Shown here one piece after another: positions 31,037 through 40,297 of a stretch of DNA of 64,000 nt. This DNA comes from Candidatus Shapirobacteria bacterium (lineage in GTDB: Bacteria; Patescibacteriota; Microgenomatia; UBA12405). The stretch covers positions 69,867-133,866 of the forward strand of contig JBAYIT010000002.1 in assembly GCA_041665485.1 (NCBI GenBank), in the 5' to 3' direction. The notes below the pieces were generated by a model that was not told the origin of the DNA, did not search any database, and worked only from the letters and a program-made list of their open reading frames with translations. Each line of letters begins with the position of its first letter. Positions within the stretch are counted from its first letter, which is position 1. The translations under genes were made by a program, and so were the position numbers.

Positions 31037-31063
31037 CTTTCTAACTTTATAACTTTCAAACTT
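31024..31063 (+). repeat. 8-nt tandem array (5 units) spanning the DUF192 stop and intergenic gap
   Basis: TCTAACTT TATAACTT TCTAACTT TATAACTT TCAAACTT. Confidence 0.9.
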
Positions 31064-31068
31064 AATTA

Positions 31069-32187
31069 ATGATTATTGGCATTGATGTTTCCGCCATTCC
31101 CTATGGTACCGGTGTTAGTAGCTACACTCTGAATTTAGTTCGTCATTTGCTCCGTATTGATAAAACTAACATTTACAAACTTTTTTTCTCCTCTCTCCGC
31201 CAGCCCCTACCTCCAGAAATCCAAGAACTTAAAGGAAAGAAAAATGTCAAAGTTTTCCACTTTCGTCTACCACCAACCTTTCTTGAGGTAATCTGGAACC
31301 AGCTTTATGTTTTACCCATCGAGCTTTTTATCGGTAAATGCGACGTCTTTCACACCTGGGATTGGTATCAACCTCCCTCACTTAACGCCAAAATTGTTAC
31401 CACCGTCCACGACCTGATTCCCTTTCTCTATCCTCAATGGCAACATCCCAAAACCATTACTACTTTCAAACGAAAATTTAACCAAGCCACCAGACACCCC
31501 ACCTCTTTTATTTGTGTTTCCCAAAACACCCGCACTGATCTTCTTAAACTATTCCCTAACATAAACTCCAAAAACATTACTATTATCTATGAAGCCGCCG
31601 AAGACAAATATTGCCCCCAAACCAAAGATAAAATCCAAAAGGTTAAAAAAATCTACGGACTCAACTCTTTTATTCTTGCCCAAGGAACTCGGGAACCACG
31701 AAAAAATCTTGATCGACTTATTAAAGCCTTCATTAAGTTCAAAGAACTCCATCCCCAAAACCAGACTGAATTAGCCATTACCGGCAAATATGGCTGGGGC
31801 CAAGATATTACCCACCCCCAACATTCTTATATCAAAATTCTAGGATATATTCCCGAAAAAGATATGCCCTCGCTTCACTCCGCCGCTCTTTGCTTAGCCT
31901 ACCCATCCCTCTATGAAGGTTTTGGCCTTCCGGTTATCAAATCCCTCAAGGTTGGCACCCCTGTTATTACCAGTAACACCTCATCTCTTCCAGAAGTCGC
32001 TGGCAACGCCACCATTTTGGTCAACCCAACCTCCGTCAAAGAAATAACCTTAGCCCTAACCAAAATAATTACCCAAAGCAACCTTCGTCAACAACTCAAA
32101 AGCATAAGTTTGGCTCAAGCTAAAAAGTTTAGTTGGACAATTACCGCCCGCCAAACCCTTTCCCTTTATCAATCCCTAATTAAATAA
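31069..32187 (+). CDS. Glycosyltransferase family 4 (MtfB/WbpY-like mannosyltransferase type)
   Basis: [46 protein letters not shown]. Confidence 0.92.
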   Translation: MIIGIDVSAIPYGTGVSSYTLNLVRHLLRIDKTNIYKLFFSSLRQPLPPEIQELKGKKNVKVFHFRLPPTFLEVIWNQLYVLPIELFIGKCDVFHTWDWYQPPSLNAKIVTTVHDLIPFLYPQWQHPKTITTFKRKFNQATRHPTSFICVSQNTRTDLLKLFPNINSKNITIIYEAAEDKYCPQTKDKIQKVKKIYGLNSFILAQGTREPRKNLDRLIKAFIKFKELHPQNQTELAITGKYGWGQDITHPQHSYIKILGYIPEKDMPSLHSAALCLAYPSLYEGFGLPVIKSLKVGTPVITSNTSSLPEVAGNATILVNPTSVKEITLALTKIITQSNLRQQLKSISLAQAKKFSWTITARQTLSLYQSLIK

Positions 32188-32248
32188 ATTTAATAATTTA
32201 ATAATTTAAAATTGACTAAAAATTTAAAATTAAAAATTAAAAATTTCC
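32187..32248 (+). repeat. Intergenic AATT-based 7/8-nt periodic array
   Basis: AATTTAAT AATTTAAT AATTTAA AATTGAC TAAA AATTTAA AATTAAA AATTAAA AATTTCC fills the gap between two GT4 genes. Confidence 0.7.
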
Positions 32249-32249
32249 T

Positions 32250-33338
32250 ATGCTGATAGGTATCGACGGCAACGAAGCCAATCAACCAATTAGGGCCGGT
32301 GTTGGCCAATATGCTTTTCATATTCTTTGTAACTTAGCCAAACTTGATCAGCAAAACCAATATCTTATCTATCTTAAAGACCAACCTCTTTCTGATATGC
32401 CCAAGACCTCCAAAAATTGGCATTATCTAGTTTTCGGCCCCAAAAAACTCTGGACTAAGTTTGCCCTCCCCGTTTATCTCTTTACCCACTTCCCCAGACC
32501 TAATGTTTTCTTCTCTCCAAACCAATATTCACCTATCTTCTCTCCTTGCCCCACCATTCCCACTGTTCACGACATTGGTTATCTCACTTACCCCGAACAA
32601 TTTACCAAAAAAGATCTTTTCCAATTAACTTATTGGACCAAAGCTTCTATTTTTCGAGCTAAATACATTGTCGCTGTTTCTGAGTTTACCAAAAATGAGC
32701 TTATAAAAACTTATCATCTTGACCCCCAGAAAATCTCCATCGTCTACAACGGAGTAGACAGTCCCCCAATTACCGATTACCGATTACCAATTACCAAATT
32801 TAAAATTAATCAACCCTTCTTCCTCTCCGTCGGCACCCTTAAACCAAACAAAAATATTCCCTATATACTCGAAGCTTTTTCTTTATTTTTAACAAAGCAA
32901 CCCAACTACCAGCTAGTTATTGCCGGCAAAAAGGGTTGGCTTTTTGACGAAATATTTTCTACTGTCAAGAAATTAAAACTGGAATCTAAAGTTATTTTTA
33001 CCGATTACATCAGCGAAAACGAAAAATGGTGGCTTTACACTCAGGCTAGGGCCACCCTTATCCCCAGCCTTTATGAAGGTTTTGGTATTCCGGCCATCGA
33101 AAGCCAAAGAGTCAGCACTCCCGTTATTGCCAGCAACATCGAATCTTTAAAAGAAATACTCGACAAATCAGCTTTATTCGTCGACCCCAAAAACTATTTT
33201 GACCTAGCCAAAAAAATGCATGAAATCATTAATCCCAAAGTTCGGAAAGAATTAATTACTGCCGGACTTTCCCAAAGTCAAAAATTCACCTGGACAAACT
33301 CTGCTAAAACCTTAATCAACCTCTTTAATCAGTTATAA
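32250..33338 (+). CDS. Glycosyltransferase family 4 (MtfB-like)
   Basis: [41 protein letters not shown]. Confidence 0.92.
   Translation: MLIGIDGNEANQPIRAGVGQYAFHILCNLAKLDQQNQYLIYLKDQPLSDMPKTSKNWHYLVFGPKKLWTKFALPVYLFTHFPRPNVFFSPNQYSPIFSPCPTIPTVHDIGYLTYPEQFTKKDLFQLTYWTKASIFRAKYIVAVSEFTKNELIKTYHLDPQKISIVYNGVDSPPITDYRLPITKFKINQPFFLSVGTLKPNKNIPYILEAFSLFLTKQPNYQLVIAGKKGWLFDEIFSTVKKLKLESKVIFTDYISENEKWWLYTQARATLIPSLYEGFGIPAIESQRVSTPVIASNIESLKEILDKSALFVDPKNYFDLAKKMHEIINPKVRKELITAGLSQSQKFTWTNSAKTLINLFNQL
32766..32797 (+). repeat. 7-nt tandem array in GT4 interdomain linker
   Basis: CCA ATTACCG ATTACCG ATTACCA ATTACCA, encoding [11 protein letters not shown]. Confidence 0.85.
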
Positions 33339-33346
33339 TCAAAACT

Positions 33347-33943
33347 ATGAATGAGTACGTTGGCCAACCAGTCTCCATCAGCAATATTCTTCCCAAAATT
33401 ACTAACCGAACTAAAACTATCTTTCTCGAATTCTGGTTATATGTTTTACGTCTTGTTGGCCTAATTCCTAGCCATACTATCCGCAATCTCTTTTACATCA
33501 TTTCCGGTATTAAAATGCCCTTTTTTGGTTCTGTCATTCATCTTGGCGCCAACTTTTTCACTCCTCAAGGCATTACTATCGGCCAAAACACCATTATCGG
33601 CTACAGATCTTTTCTTGACGGAAGAGGAAAACTTAAAATCGGCAACCATGTTGATATTGCCTCAGAAGTTATGATCTACACCGATGAACACGATGTTAAT
33701 TCAGAAAATTTCGGCAATTCTTTCGCTCCAGTAATTATTGAAGACTATGTCTTCATTGGACCCCGCTCAATTATTCTTCCTGGCGTAACTATCAGTAAAG
33801 GCGCCGTCGTTGCTGCCGGCGCTGTCGTTACTAAAAGCATCCCTCCAGGTGAAATTTGGGGCGGAGTTCCAGCCAAAAAAATAAAAGATCGTGGTCTAAA
33901 AAGCTACAATTACCGCCTCGGTCGGCCCATGCTTTTCCAATGA
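33347..33943 (+). CDS. Hexapeptide-repeat (LbH) O-acetyltransferase
   Basis: [56 protein letters not shown]. Confidence 0.92.
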   Translation: MNEYVGQPVSISNILPKITNRTKTIFLEFWLYVLRLVGLIPSHTIRNLFYIISGIKMPFFGSVIHLGANFFTPQGITIGQNTIIGYRSFLDGRGKLKIGNHVDIASEVMIYTDEHDVNSENFGNSFAPVIIEDYVFIGPRSIILPGVTISKGAVVAAGAVVTKSIPPGEIWGGVPAKKIKDRGLKSYNYRLGRPMLFQ

Positions 33944-34488
33944 TCAAAAAAATTATCCTAATCTTAGTTCTTGTCTCTAATCTCTTATTTCTATCTTATC
34001 TTCTTTCTCCCACCCCCAGCCTTCCACCCCTAGCCAACAGCGCTATATCCAATCTCCCCGGCGACACCGTTCAAGTTTCCAATGTCTCCGGCTTTTTTAC
34101 CAACCAAACCCGGCAACAAGTCATTAATTTTTACAAAGCCAACTATACCGGCCCGTTCCGCATTATTCTCAATCACCCTCCAGAAAAAGCTAGAGAGGTA
34201 ATTGTTGACACTATCCCAAGCTATTATTTCGAAGAATTTATTCTCCCCTTTAAAGAAACACTATATATTAATGGTTATGAGTGGCAAAACGATGTTTTTA
34301 CCAAACTGGAAAACAGACTTAAAAATAAACTTATTTACGACAGCAAAGAGTATTTTTCTAAAATCACTATTCGTCGTTTTCCTGTCAGTATCAAAAACCG
34401 CCTCGTTAATTTCTTCATCGTTGAAGCTGGAATTTTAGCCATAATTAGTATCTACTACATTAAAGTCTTCAAGAAAAATGCCAGTTAA
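33940..34488 (+). CDS. Hypothetical membrane-anchored protein
   Basis: Start at ATG 33940 (ATGA overlap with upstream stop). N- and C-terminal TM segments, PGDTVQ motif. Confidence 0.7.
   Translation: MIKKIILILVLVSNLLFLSYLLSPTPSLPPLANSAISNLPGDTVQVSNVSGFFTNQTRQQVINFYKANYTGPFRIILNHPPEKAREVIVDTIPSYYFEEFILPFKETLYINGYEWQNDVFTKLENRLKNKLIYDSKEYFSKITIRRFPVSIKNRLVNFFIVEAGILAIISIYYIKVFKKNAS
33962..33992 (+). repeat. Degenerate 7-nt tandem array in coding sequence
   Basis: TCTTAGT TCTTGTC TCTAATC TCTTATT TCT. Confidence 0.5.
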
Positions 34489-35452
34489 ACCAATACTATC
34501 TATCATTATCGTTTCCTATAATGTTGCTCCTTTCATTGAAAATTGTTTAAAATCAATTTTTGCTGACAAAAACCTAGATTTTAATGGTGACTCTAAGAAT
34601 TCCAAAACCCCCGCCGAGCTCATCATCGTCGACAACCATTCCTCCGACGCCAGCGTTTCGATCATTAAAAATTTTCAAATTAAAAATTGTTTAAAAATTT
34701 CAAATTTCAAATTAAAAATCAGTCATTCCAATCAAGGTTTTTCCCAAGCCAATAATCTCGGCGTCAAACAAGCCCAGGGCAACTACCTCCTCTTCTTGAA
34801 TCCTGACACTGTCATCCTCCATTCCTCAATTAGCCAATCTCTTGATTGGTTATCTAGTCACCCTGAAGCTCTTGGTTGCACTGCCCAACTTCTCAACACC
34901 GACAAAACCATTCAACCATCAGGTGGCTTTTTTCCCAATCTATTAAATCTCTTTACTTGGTCAACCAACCTCGACGACCTACCCCTGACAAACGATCTTA
35001 TTAAGCCCATTCACCCCCACAGTCCTATTTTTTATACTCATCCAAAATTCTATCTCCAAGACCACTCCCAAGATTGGCTTACCGGCGCCTGTATTCTCCT
35101 CCGCAAAAACGCCTTTGATCAAGTTGGTGGATTTGACCAAGACTACTTTATGTACGGCGAGGAATTAGAACTCTGTTATCGGTTGAAAAAAGTTTTTCCT
35201 TTAAAAAAGTTTTGGTACCTTATCGGCCCTCAAATAACCCATCTCGGTGGCGGTTCATCTGTCAATCGCCTCAATCCACTTATTAATGAATATCATGGTA
35301 TTATCGCTTTCTTTAAAAAACATCAACCCTCTTGGCAATTACCTCTCGCCAAGTTACTAATTAAATTCAACTGTCTCTGTCATTATCTTCTTTATCTTAT
35401 TAAGAAACCGGAAACCGCCAAGCTTTATCAACAAATTTTTTCCCAACTATGA
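34478..35452 (+). CDS. GT2, WbbL-like (rhamnosyl)transferase
   Basis: SIIIVSYN, VDNHSSD, GFSQANN.G, LFLNPDT, GACILLR, GGFDQDYFMYGEE.ELC. Confidence 0.9.
   Translation: MPVKPILSIIIVSYNVAPFIENCLKSIFADKNLDFNGDSKNSKTPAELIIVDNHSSDASVSIIKNFQIKNCLKISNFKLKISHSNQGFSQANNLGVKQAQGNYLLFLNPDTVILHSSISQSLDWLSSHPEALGCTAQLLNTDKTIQPSGGFFPNLLNLFTWSTNLDDLPLTNDLIKPIHPHSPIFYTHPKFYLQDHSQDWLTGACILLRKNAFDQVGGFDQDYFMYGEELELCYRLKKVFPLKKFWYLIGPQITHLGGGSSVNRLNPLINEYHGIIAFFKKHQPSWQLPLAKLLIKFNCLCHYLLYLIKKPETAKLYQQIFSQL
34664..34720 (+). repeat. AATT-based 7-nt periodic array in GT2 loop
   Basis: ATTTTCA AATTAAA AATTGTT TAAA AATTTCA AATTTCA AATTAAA AATC, encoding NFQIKNCLKISNFKLKI. Confidence 0.75.
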
Positions 35453-36828
35453 CTTTTAATCTTTTTCGTCCAATCCTTGCCATCCTCCTTCTTTTTATTC
35501 CCCTATATCCAAAATTCCCCTTGTCTTTTGCTCAAGGCGCTCAAGTCGCTTTTCGTCTTGACGACATTATCATTGCTCTAGTTTTTTTAATCTACCTCGT
35601 TAATCAGATAAAAAACCGATTTCCAATTTTAAAATTAAAGGTGACCTGGGTAATTTTAGCCTACCTTATCGCCATTACTTTAAGTAGTCTTAATGCTTTC
35701 CTAATTTACCAAACCACCCCCACCCATATTCTTCTTCTCCATCTCCTAAGACGTTTTCAATATATCTCCCTATTTTTTGTCACCCTTGAAGCCATTAAAA
35801 CCCGCCGTGATTTTAAGTTTATCTATCTTTTTACTTGCCTTGCCTTTATTGGTGTCTTTGCCTATGGCATTGGCCAAAAATACTTTAACCTTCCCATTAT
35901 TTCCACCATGAACTTTGAGTTCGCCAAAGGCCAACTCCTCCAAATGAATTTTTGGAGTCGAATCAGTTCCACTTTTGCCGGACATTATGATCTGGCCGCC
36001 TATTTAAGTGTCATTTCCGTCATCTTCTTTGGTGTCTTTTTGTCTCAAAAAAACAAACTTTATCGCTTCTTTTCTTTCATCCTTTGGTTAATGGCTTTCT
36101 ACCTACTCACTTTAACTGCCGCCAGAATCTCCACCTTTGCCTACTGGGGCGGAGTCACTCTCCTCTGTCTTCTTCTCAAACGTTTCTTCTGGATTATTCC
36201 CACCAGTCTCTTGGTGGTTCTAAGCATCGTTAGCTCCAAAGATCTTAACCAACGTCTGCTTGCCACCATCCCCAGTATCAAGCCTTATTTTTCCCAGAAT
36301 ATCGCCAAACCAACTCCAGCAACCATTCCCACTATTACCCCAGTTCTTACACCAATTCCAACATCTAAAATCCAAGATCTAACATCTAAGATCTCTCCAA
36401 TACCCACCGTTTTCCGCCACAAACCTGAAGAGTTTCCTCCAGTTGATGCTGACGCCGGCGTTGCCAGAAGTGGCGAAATCCGTTTTAATGTCGAATGGCC
36501 CCGGGCCATTACCGCTTTTAATAAAAATAAACTATTGGGAACCGCCCCCGGCTCTATTACTTTAGCCACCGACAACGATTATCTCCGCAGTCTCGGCGAA
36601 ACCGGACTCCTTGGTTTTGTCACCTTTTGCCTCATCTTTGTTTACTTTTTTATCAATCTAATCAAAAAATCTACTGCCCTCAACCTTGTTTTTGCCACCG
36701 CCATTCTCATTGTCTTGGTCAACGCCATTTTTATCGATATTTTCGAAGCTTCAAAAACCGCCTACCTTTTTTGGATGATGATGGCTGTTTTTTATAAATC
36801 GGAAACTTTAAATGATTCAAAAGGTTAG
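35449..36828 (+). CDS. O-antigen ligase/polymerase (Wzy_C)-like membrane protein with Pro/Thr-rich external insert
   Basis: About 11 TM segments, RISSTFAGHYDLAAY, LTAARIS, IR...W..A...F..N.LLG, DNDYLR.LGETGLLG. Confidence 0.82.
   Translation: MTFNLFRPILAILLLFIPLYPKFPLSFAQGAQVAFRLDDIIIALVFLIYLVNQIKNRFPILKLKVTWVILAYLIAITLSSLNAFLIYQTTPTHILLLHLLRRFQYISLFFVTLEAIKTRRDFKFIYLFTCLAFIGVFAYGIGQKYFNLPIISTMNFEFAKGQLLQMNFWSRISSTFAGHYDLAAYLSVISVIFFGVFLSQKNKLYRFFSFILWLMAFYLLTLTAARISTFAYWGGVTLLCLLLKRFFWIIPTSLLVVLSIVSSKDLNQRLLATIPSIKPYFSQNIAKPTPATIPTITPVLTPIPTSKIQDLTSKISPIPTVFRHKPEEFPPVDADAGVARSGEIRFNVEWPRAITAFNKNKLLGTAPGSITLATDNDYLRSLGETGLLGFVTFCLIFVYFFINLIKKSTALNLVFATAILIVLVNAIFIDIFEASKTAYLFWMMMAVFYKSETLNDSKG
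36360..36394 (+). repeat. 7-nt tandem array within Pro/Thr-rich loop
   Basis: AACATCT AAAATCC AAGATCT AACATCT AAGATCT, encoding TSKIQDLTSKIS. Confidence 0.78.
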
Positions 36829-38227
36829 TCTAATTGCCGTTTTAGTTATTGGTCTAATTCTTCGTCTTTACAAAATCGATTCTCCCCTCGCTGATTGGCA
36901 CTCTCACCGCCAAGCTGACACCGCCTCGGTCACCCGTAATCTTTCTCAAAATTTAGAAAATTTTTTTACCCCCACTTATCATGATTTAAGTAATCTTCAA
37001 TCCGGCCAAGAGAATCCCCAAGGTTACCGCATGGTTGAGCTCCCTCTTTACAATCTCTTTTCCCTAATCACCGTCAAAATTACTGGGCAAAGTCTCGAAA
37101 TTAGTAGCCGTCTAACCTCAATTCTCTTCTCTCTTGGTAGTAGCTTTATTATTTTTCTCATTGTCCGCCGTCTTACTAATCTTTTTTGGCCATCTCTCCT
37201 TTCTACTGCTGTCTTTTTATTTTTGCCTTTTAGTATCTATTATTCTCGGGCAATTCTTCCCGAAAACGTGGCCGTTTTTTTTATGCTCCTCTGCCTCTAT
37301 TTCTTTCCAAAAAATCTTATTGTCGCTGGGATTACTCTCGGACTTTCTTTTCTTGTCAAGCCATTTACCGGCTTTATCGTCTTTCCGGCCCTAATTTATT
37401 TAACCCTCTCCCATCGTCCACCACTTTTAAAGCTTTTCATCTTTTTTGTTCTGGCGATCCTGCCATTCTTTTTCTGGCGTCAACATATTTCCCATTTTCC
37501 TCAAGGCATACCCGCCTCTGCCTGGTTGTTTAACAACAGCGATAAGCCAATTTTTCCCGAATGGTATCGTGGTTATAATTTAACCTTCATCAACCATCTG
37601 GTTGCCTTCCGTCCCAGTTGGTTTAACTGGCTCTTCAACATCCGCATCAATCAGCTGATCCTCGGTTCTTTTGGCCTTGTCCCTTTTATTGTCGGTTTTG
37701 CCTATCGTCATCGTCAGGTAAAAATAACTAATTTTTCACTTTTTCTCGGAACCATGTTCTATTTTATTATCGTTGCTCAAGGCAATATCCAGCACGACTA
37801 TTATCAAATTCTTATCATTCCTCAAATTGCTATTTCCACCGGCCTTGGTCTCTATTATCTTCGGCAACATTCCTTTTTTCTATTTCTTATTCCCGTAACT
37901 ATTGGCTTAGTCATCAGCTGGTCTCAAATCAAAAATTATTACCATATTAATAATCAAAATATTATTAAAGCCGGCCAAATTGCCAATCAACTTCTTCCTC
38001 AAGATGCTATTGTTGTTGCCCCCTACAACGGCGACACAAGCTTTCTTTATCAAATTAATCGTTCCGGTTATCCCATCGATATTTACGATCTTGATTCAAT
38101 CAAAAATCTCCACCCCAATAATCCATTATTCTTGGTTTCAGTAAACTTTGATGACTATACCAACAAAATTATCAAATCAAATACTGTCATAATCCAAAAT
38201 AAAGATTTTGTAATTGTTAAACTATAA
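36812..38227 (+). CDS. GT-C (ArnT/PMT-like) glycosyltransferase
   Basis: LRLY, DWHSHRQADTA, E.PLY, YYSRA.LPE, LVKP, HDYYQ. Confidence 0.8.
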   Translation: MIQKVSLIAVLVIGLILRLYKIDSPLADWHSHRQADTASVTRNLSQNLENFFTPTYHDLSNLQSGQENPQGYRMVELPLYNLFSLITVKITGQSLEISSRLTSILFSLGSSFIIFLIVRRLTNLFWPSLLSTAVFLFLPFSIYYSRAILPENVAVFFMLLCLYFFPKNLIVAGITLGLSFLVKPFTGFIVFPALIYLTLSHRPPLLKLFIFFVLAILPFFFWRQHISHFPQGIPASAWLFNNSDKPIFPEWYRGYNLTFINHLVAFRPSWFNWLFNIRINQLILGSFGLVPFIVGFAYRHRQVKITNFSLFLGTMFYFIIVAQGNIQHDYYQILIIPQIAISTGLGLYYLRQHSFFLFLIPVTIGLVISWSQIKNYYHINNQNIIKAGQIANQLLPQDAIVVAPYNGDTSFLYQINRSGYPIDIYDLDSIKNLHPNNPLFLVSVNFDDYTNKIIKSNTVIIQNKDFVIVKL

Positions 38228-38231
38228 ACAA

Positions 38232-39158
38232 ATGACCCCCGACCTATCTATTGTTATTTTGAATTTCAATACCGGTGACTATCTAAAAAAATGTCTTGAA
38301 AGTATCTACCAAAGCCAACTTAAACATCAAATAGAAGTTATTGTTGTTGACAACGCCTCCACCGATGACAGTATCGATCAAGCCAAAAAACTTGATTTTA
38401 AGTCCAAAAAAATTCTAGATTCTAGATTCTTGATTCTAGATTCTAATTTGGGTTTTGCTCAAGGCAACAATCAAGGAATTAAATTAGTCAACCCTCAAAG
38501 TAGATACGTTCTTTTCCTAAATCCCGACACCACCGTCAATTCCGACACTCTCTCTGGCACCATCGATTATCTCGATTCTCACCCTAAAATCGACGCCGCC
38601 ACCGTCAATGTAGTTTTTGTCAAAACCGGCCAAACTCAACCCGAATGTCATCGCGGTTTCCCCAGTCCTGGGAACGCCTTCTTCCACTTTTTTCTTCCTT
38701 TTCTTCCTAAAATCTTTCCCAAATCTAAATTATTTAATGGTTATTTCCTTGGCCACCTTGACTTTAATCAACCTCAAATTATTGACGCCTGTGTTGGCGC
38801 CTTCATCGTTCTTAAAAAGAGGGTAGGGGAGACTGTTGGCTGGTGGTGTCCCGACTATTTTTTCTACGGCGAAGACCTTGATCTTTGTTACCAAATTCAA
38901 CAACACGGTTTTAAACTCTGGTATCTCCCCCAATACCAAATTCACCATTTTCAAGGTATTTCTTCCGGAGTTAACAATGCCACCTCCAAGGCCTCTCGGT
39001 CTACTAAAATAAAAATCGCCAAGGCCTCTACAGACGCCATGAGAATTTTTTATCGCCGAAATCTTCTCCACCATTACTCGCCACTTTCCCAAAAAATAAT
39101 TCTCTTTGGGATTAAATTGCTAGAACTTCAACGCCTTTTCAAAGCCAAATATTTATGA
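38232..39158 (+). CDS. GT2, WbbL-like (rhamnosyl)transferase
   Basis: LSIVILNFN, VVDNASTD, NLGFAQGNN, FLNPDT, GAF, FFYGEDLDLC. Start at ATG 38232. Confidence 0.9.
   Translation: MTPDLSIVILNFNTGDYLKKCLESIYQSQLKHQIEVIVVDNASTDDSIDQAKKLDFKSKKILDSRFLILDSNLGFAQGNNQGIKLVNPQSRYVLFLNPDTTVNSDTLSGTIDYLDSHPKIDAATVNVVFVKTGQTQPECHRGFPSPGNAFFHFFLPFLPKIFPKSKLFNGYFLGHLDFNQPQIIDACVGAFIVLKKRVGETVGWWCPDYFFYGEDLDLCYQIQQHGFKLWYLPQYQIHHFQGISSGVNNATSKASRSTKIKIAKASTDAMRIFYRRNLLHHYSPLSQKIILFGIKLLELQRLFKAKYL
38412..38446 (+). repeat. 7-nt tandem array (5 units) in GT2 loop
   Basis: ATTCTAG ATTCTAG ATTCTTG ATTCTAG ATTCTAA, encoding ILDSRFLILDSN. Confidence 0.92.
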
Positions 39159-40273
39159 AACACCTAGTTATTGACGCCCGATGGTACGGCCCCAAACACA
39201 CCGGTATTGGCCGTTATACTCAAAACTTAATTTTAGAGTTAATCAAAATTAAAGACTTTCAGAAAAATATTAAATTAACTCTCTTAATTCACCCGGAAGA
39301 TAAGAAAAACATTCAATCGGAACTTGGATTAGATATTAATTTTGTCACCACCAACATTACTCACTATTCTTTCCTCGACCAGATCATTACCCCCTTTATT
39401 CTTTACCATCTTCAGCCCGACCTCGTCCACTTTACCCACATTGACAAACCGATTCTTTATTTCAGTAAAAGTGTTGTTACTATCCACGACCTGATTAAAA
39501 ACTTTTCTACCGGCCCGGAAACTACCACCAAAAATATCGGTATCTACTGGATCAAACAATTTGCCTATCTTCTAAATAGCTGGTTTTCCATTAAATTCAA
39601 TTCTCTTATTGTTCCCAGTAATTATTGGAAAAATTATCTTATTTCTCATTACCACCTTCTAGCTTCGCAGGTCACCACCACCCACGAAGCCGTCGACCCC
39701 AAATTCCTAAAATTAAAAACTAAGAACTACCAACTAAGAACTAAGAACTATCTCTTATATACTGGCAATCTCTACCCTCATAAAAATCTCGACGTTGTCC
39801 TTCAAACCCTTACCAAACTACCCAATCTCAAACTAAAAATAATTTCCAAGCCTTCAGTTTTTCTCGATCGTCTAAAGGCCACCATTCAAGAACTCCATCT
39901 TCAAAAACAAGTCGAATTTTTAGGTTTCGTCCCCGACAATGATTTTCAAAAAATATATCAAGAAGCCCTCGCTTTTGTTTTCCCCAGTCTCATGGAAGGT
40001 TTTGGCCTACCGCCACTCGAAGCCATGAGCTTAGATTGCCCGGTTATTTCTTCAAATAGTAGCTGTTCTCCGGAAATCTACCAACAGGCTGTCCTTTATT
40101 TTAATCCAAAAGACCCAGATGATTTAGTAAAACAAATTAATCTTCTCACTACTAAGCCCAGTCTTCGTCAACAATTAATTGCCAACGGCTACCAACAAGT
40201 TAAAAAATATTCATGGTCCAAAACAGCCAAACAAACCCTTGCGGTCTATAAAAAACTCTTAAATACTAATTGA
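39155..40273 (+). CDS. Glycosyltransferase family 4 (MtfB-like)
   Basis: IDARWYG..TGIGRY, VTIHDL, YTGNLYPHKN, FPSLMEGFGLPPLEAM. Confidence 0.92.
   Translation: MKHLVIDARWYGPKHTGIGRYTQNLILELIKIKDFQKNIKLTLLIHPEDKKNIQSELGLDINFVTTNITHYSFLDQIITPFILYHLQPDLVHFTHIDKPILYFSKSVVTIHDLIKNFSTGPETTTKNIGIYWIKQFAYLLNSWFSIKFNSLIVPSNYWKNYLISHYHLLASQVTTTHEAVDPKFLKLKTKNYQLRTKNYLLYTGNLYPHKNLDVVLQTLTKLPNLKLKIISKPSVFLDRLKATIQELHLQKQVEFLGFVPDNDFQKIYQEALAFVFPSLMEGFGLPPLEAMSLDCPVISSNSSCSPEIYQQAVLYFNPKDPDDLVKQINLLTTKPSLRQQLIANGYQQVKKYSWSKTAKQTLAVYKKLLNTN
39711..39752 (+). repeat. 7-nt tandem array (6 units) in GT4 interdomain linker
   Basis: AATTAAA AACTAAG AACTACC AACTAAG AACTAAG AACTATC, encoding LKTKNYQLRTKNY. Confidence 0.88.
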
Positions 40274-40297
40274 AAATTGAAAATTGAAAATTGAAAA
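40270..40297 (+). repeat. Perfect (TTGAAAA)x4 array at a gene junction
   Basis: Units at 40270, 40277, 40284 and 40291. They contain the upstream TGA stop and the downstream TTG start. Confidence 0.95.

Noticed and set aside
39636-39670. Additional weak 7/8-periodic stretches (also near 38210 and 41360)
   Set aside because: They are too degenerate to distinguish from background without computation.
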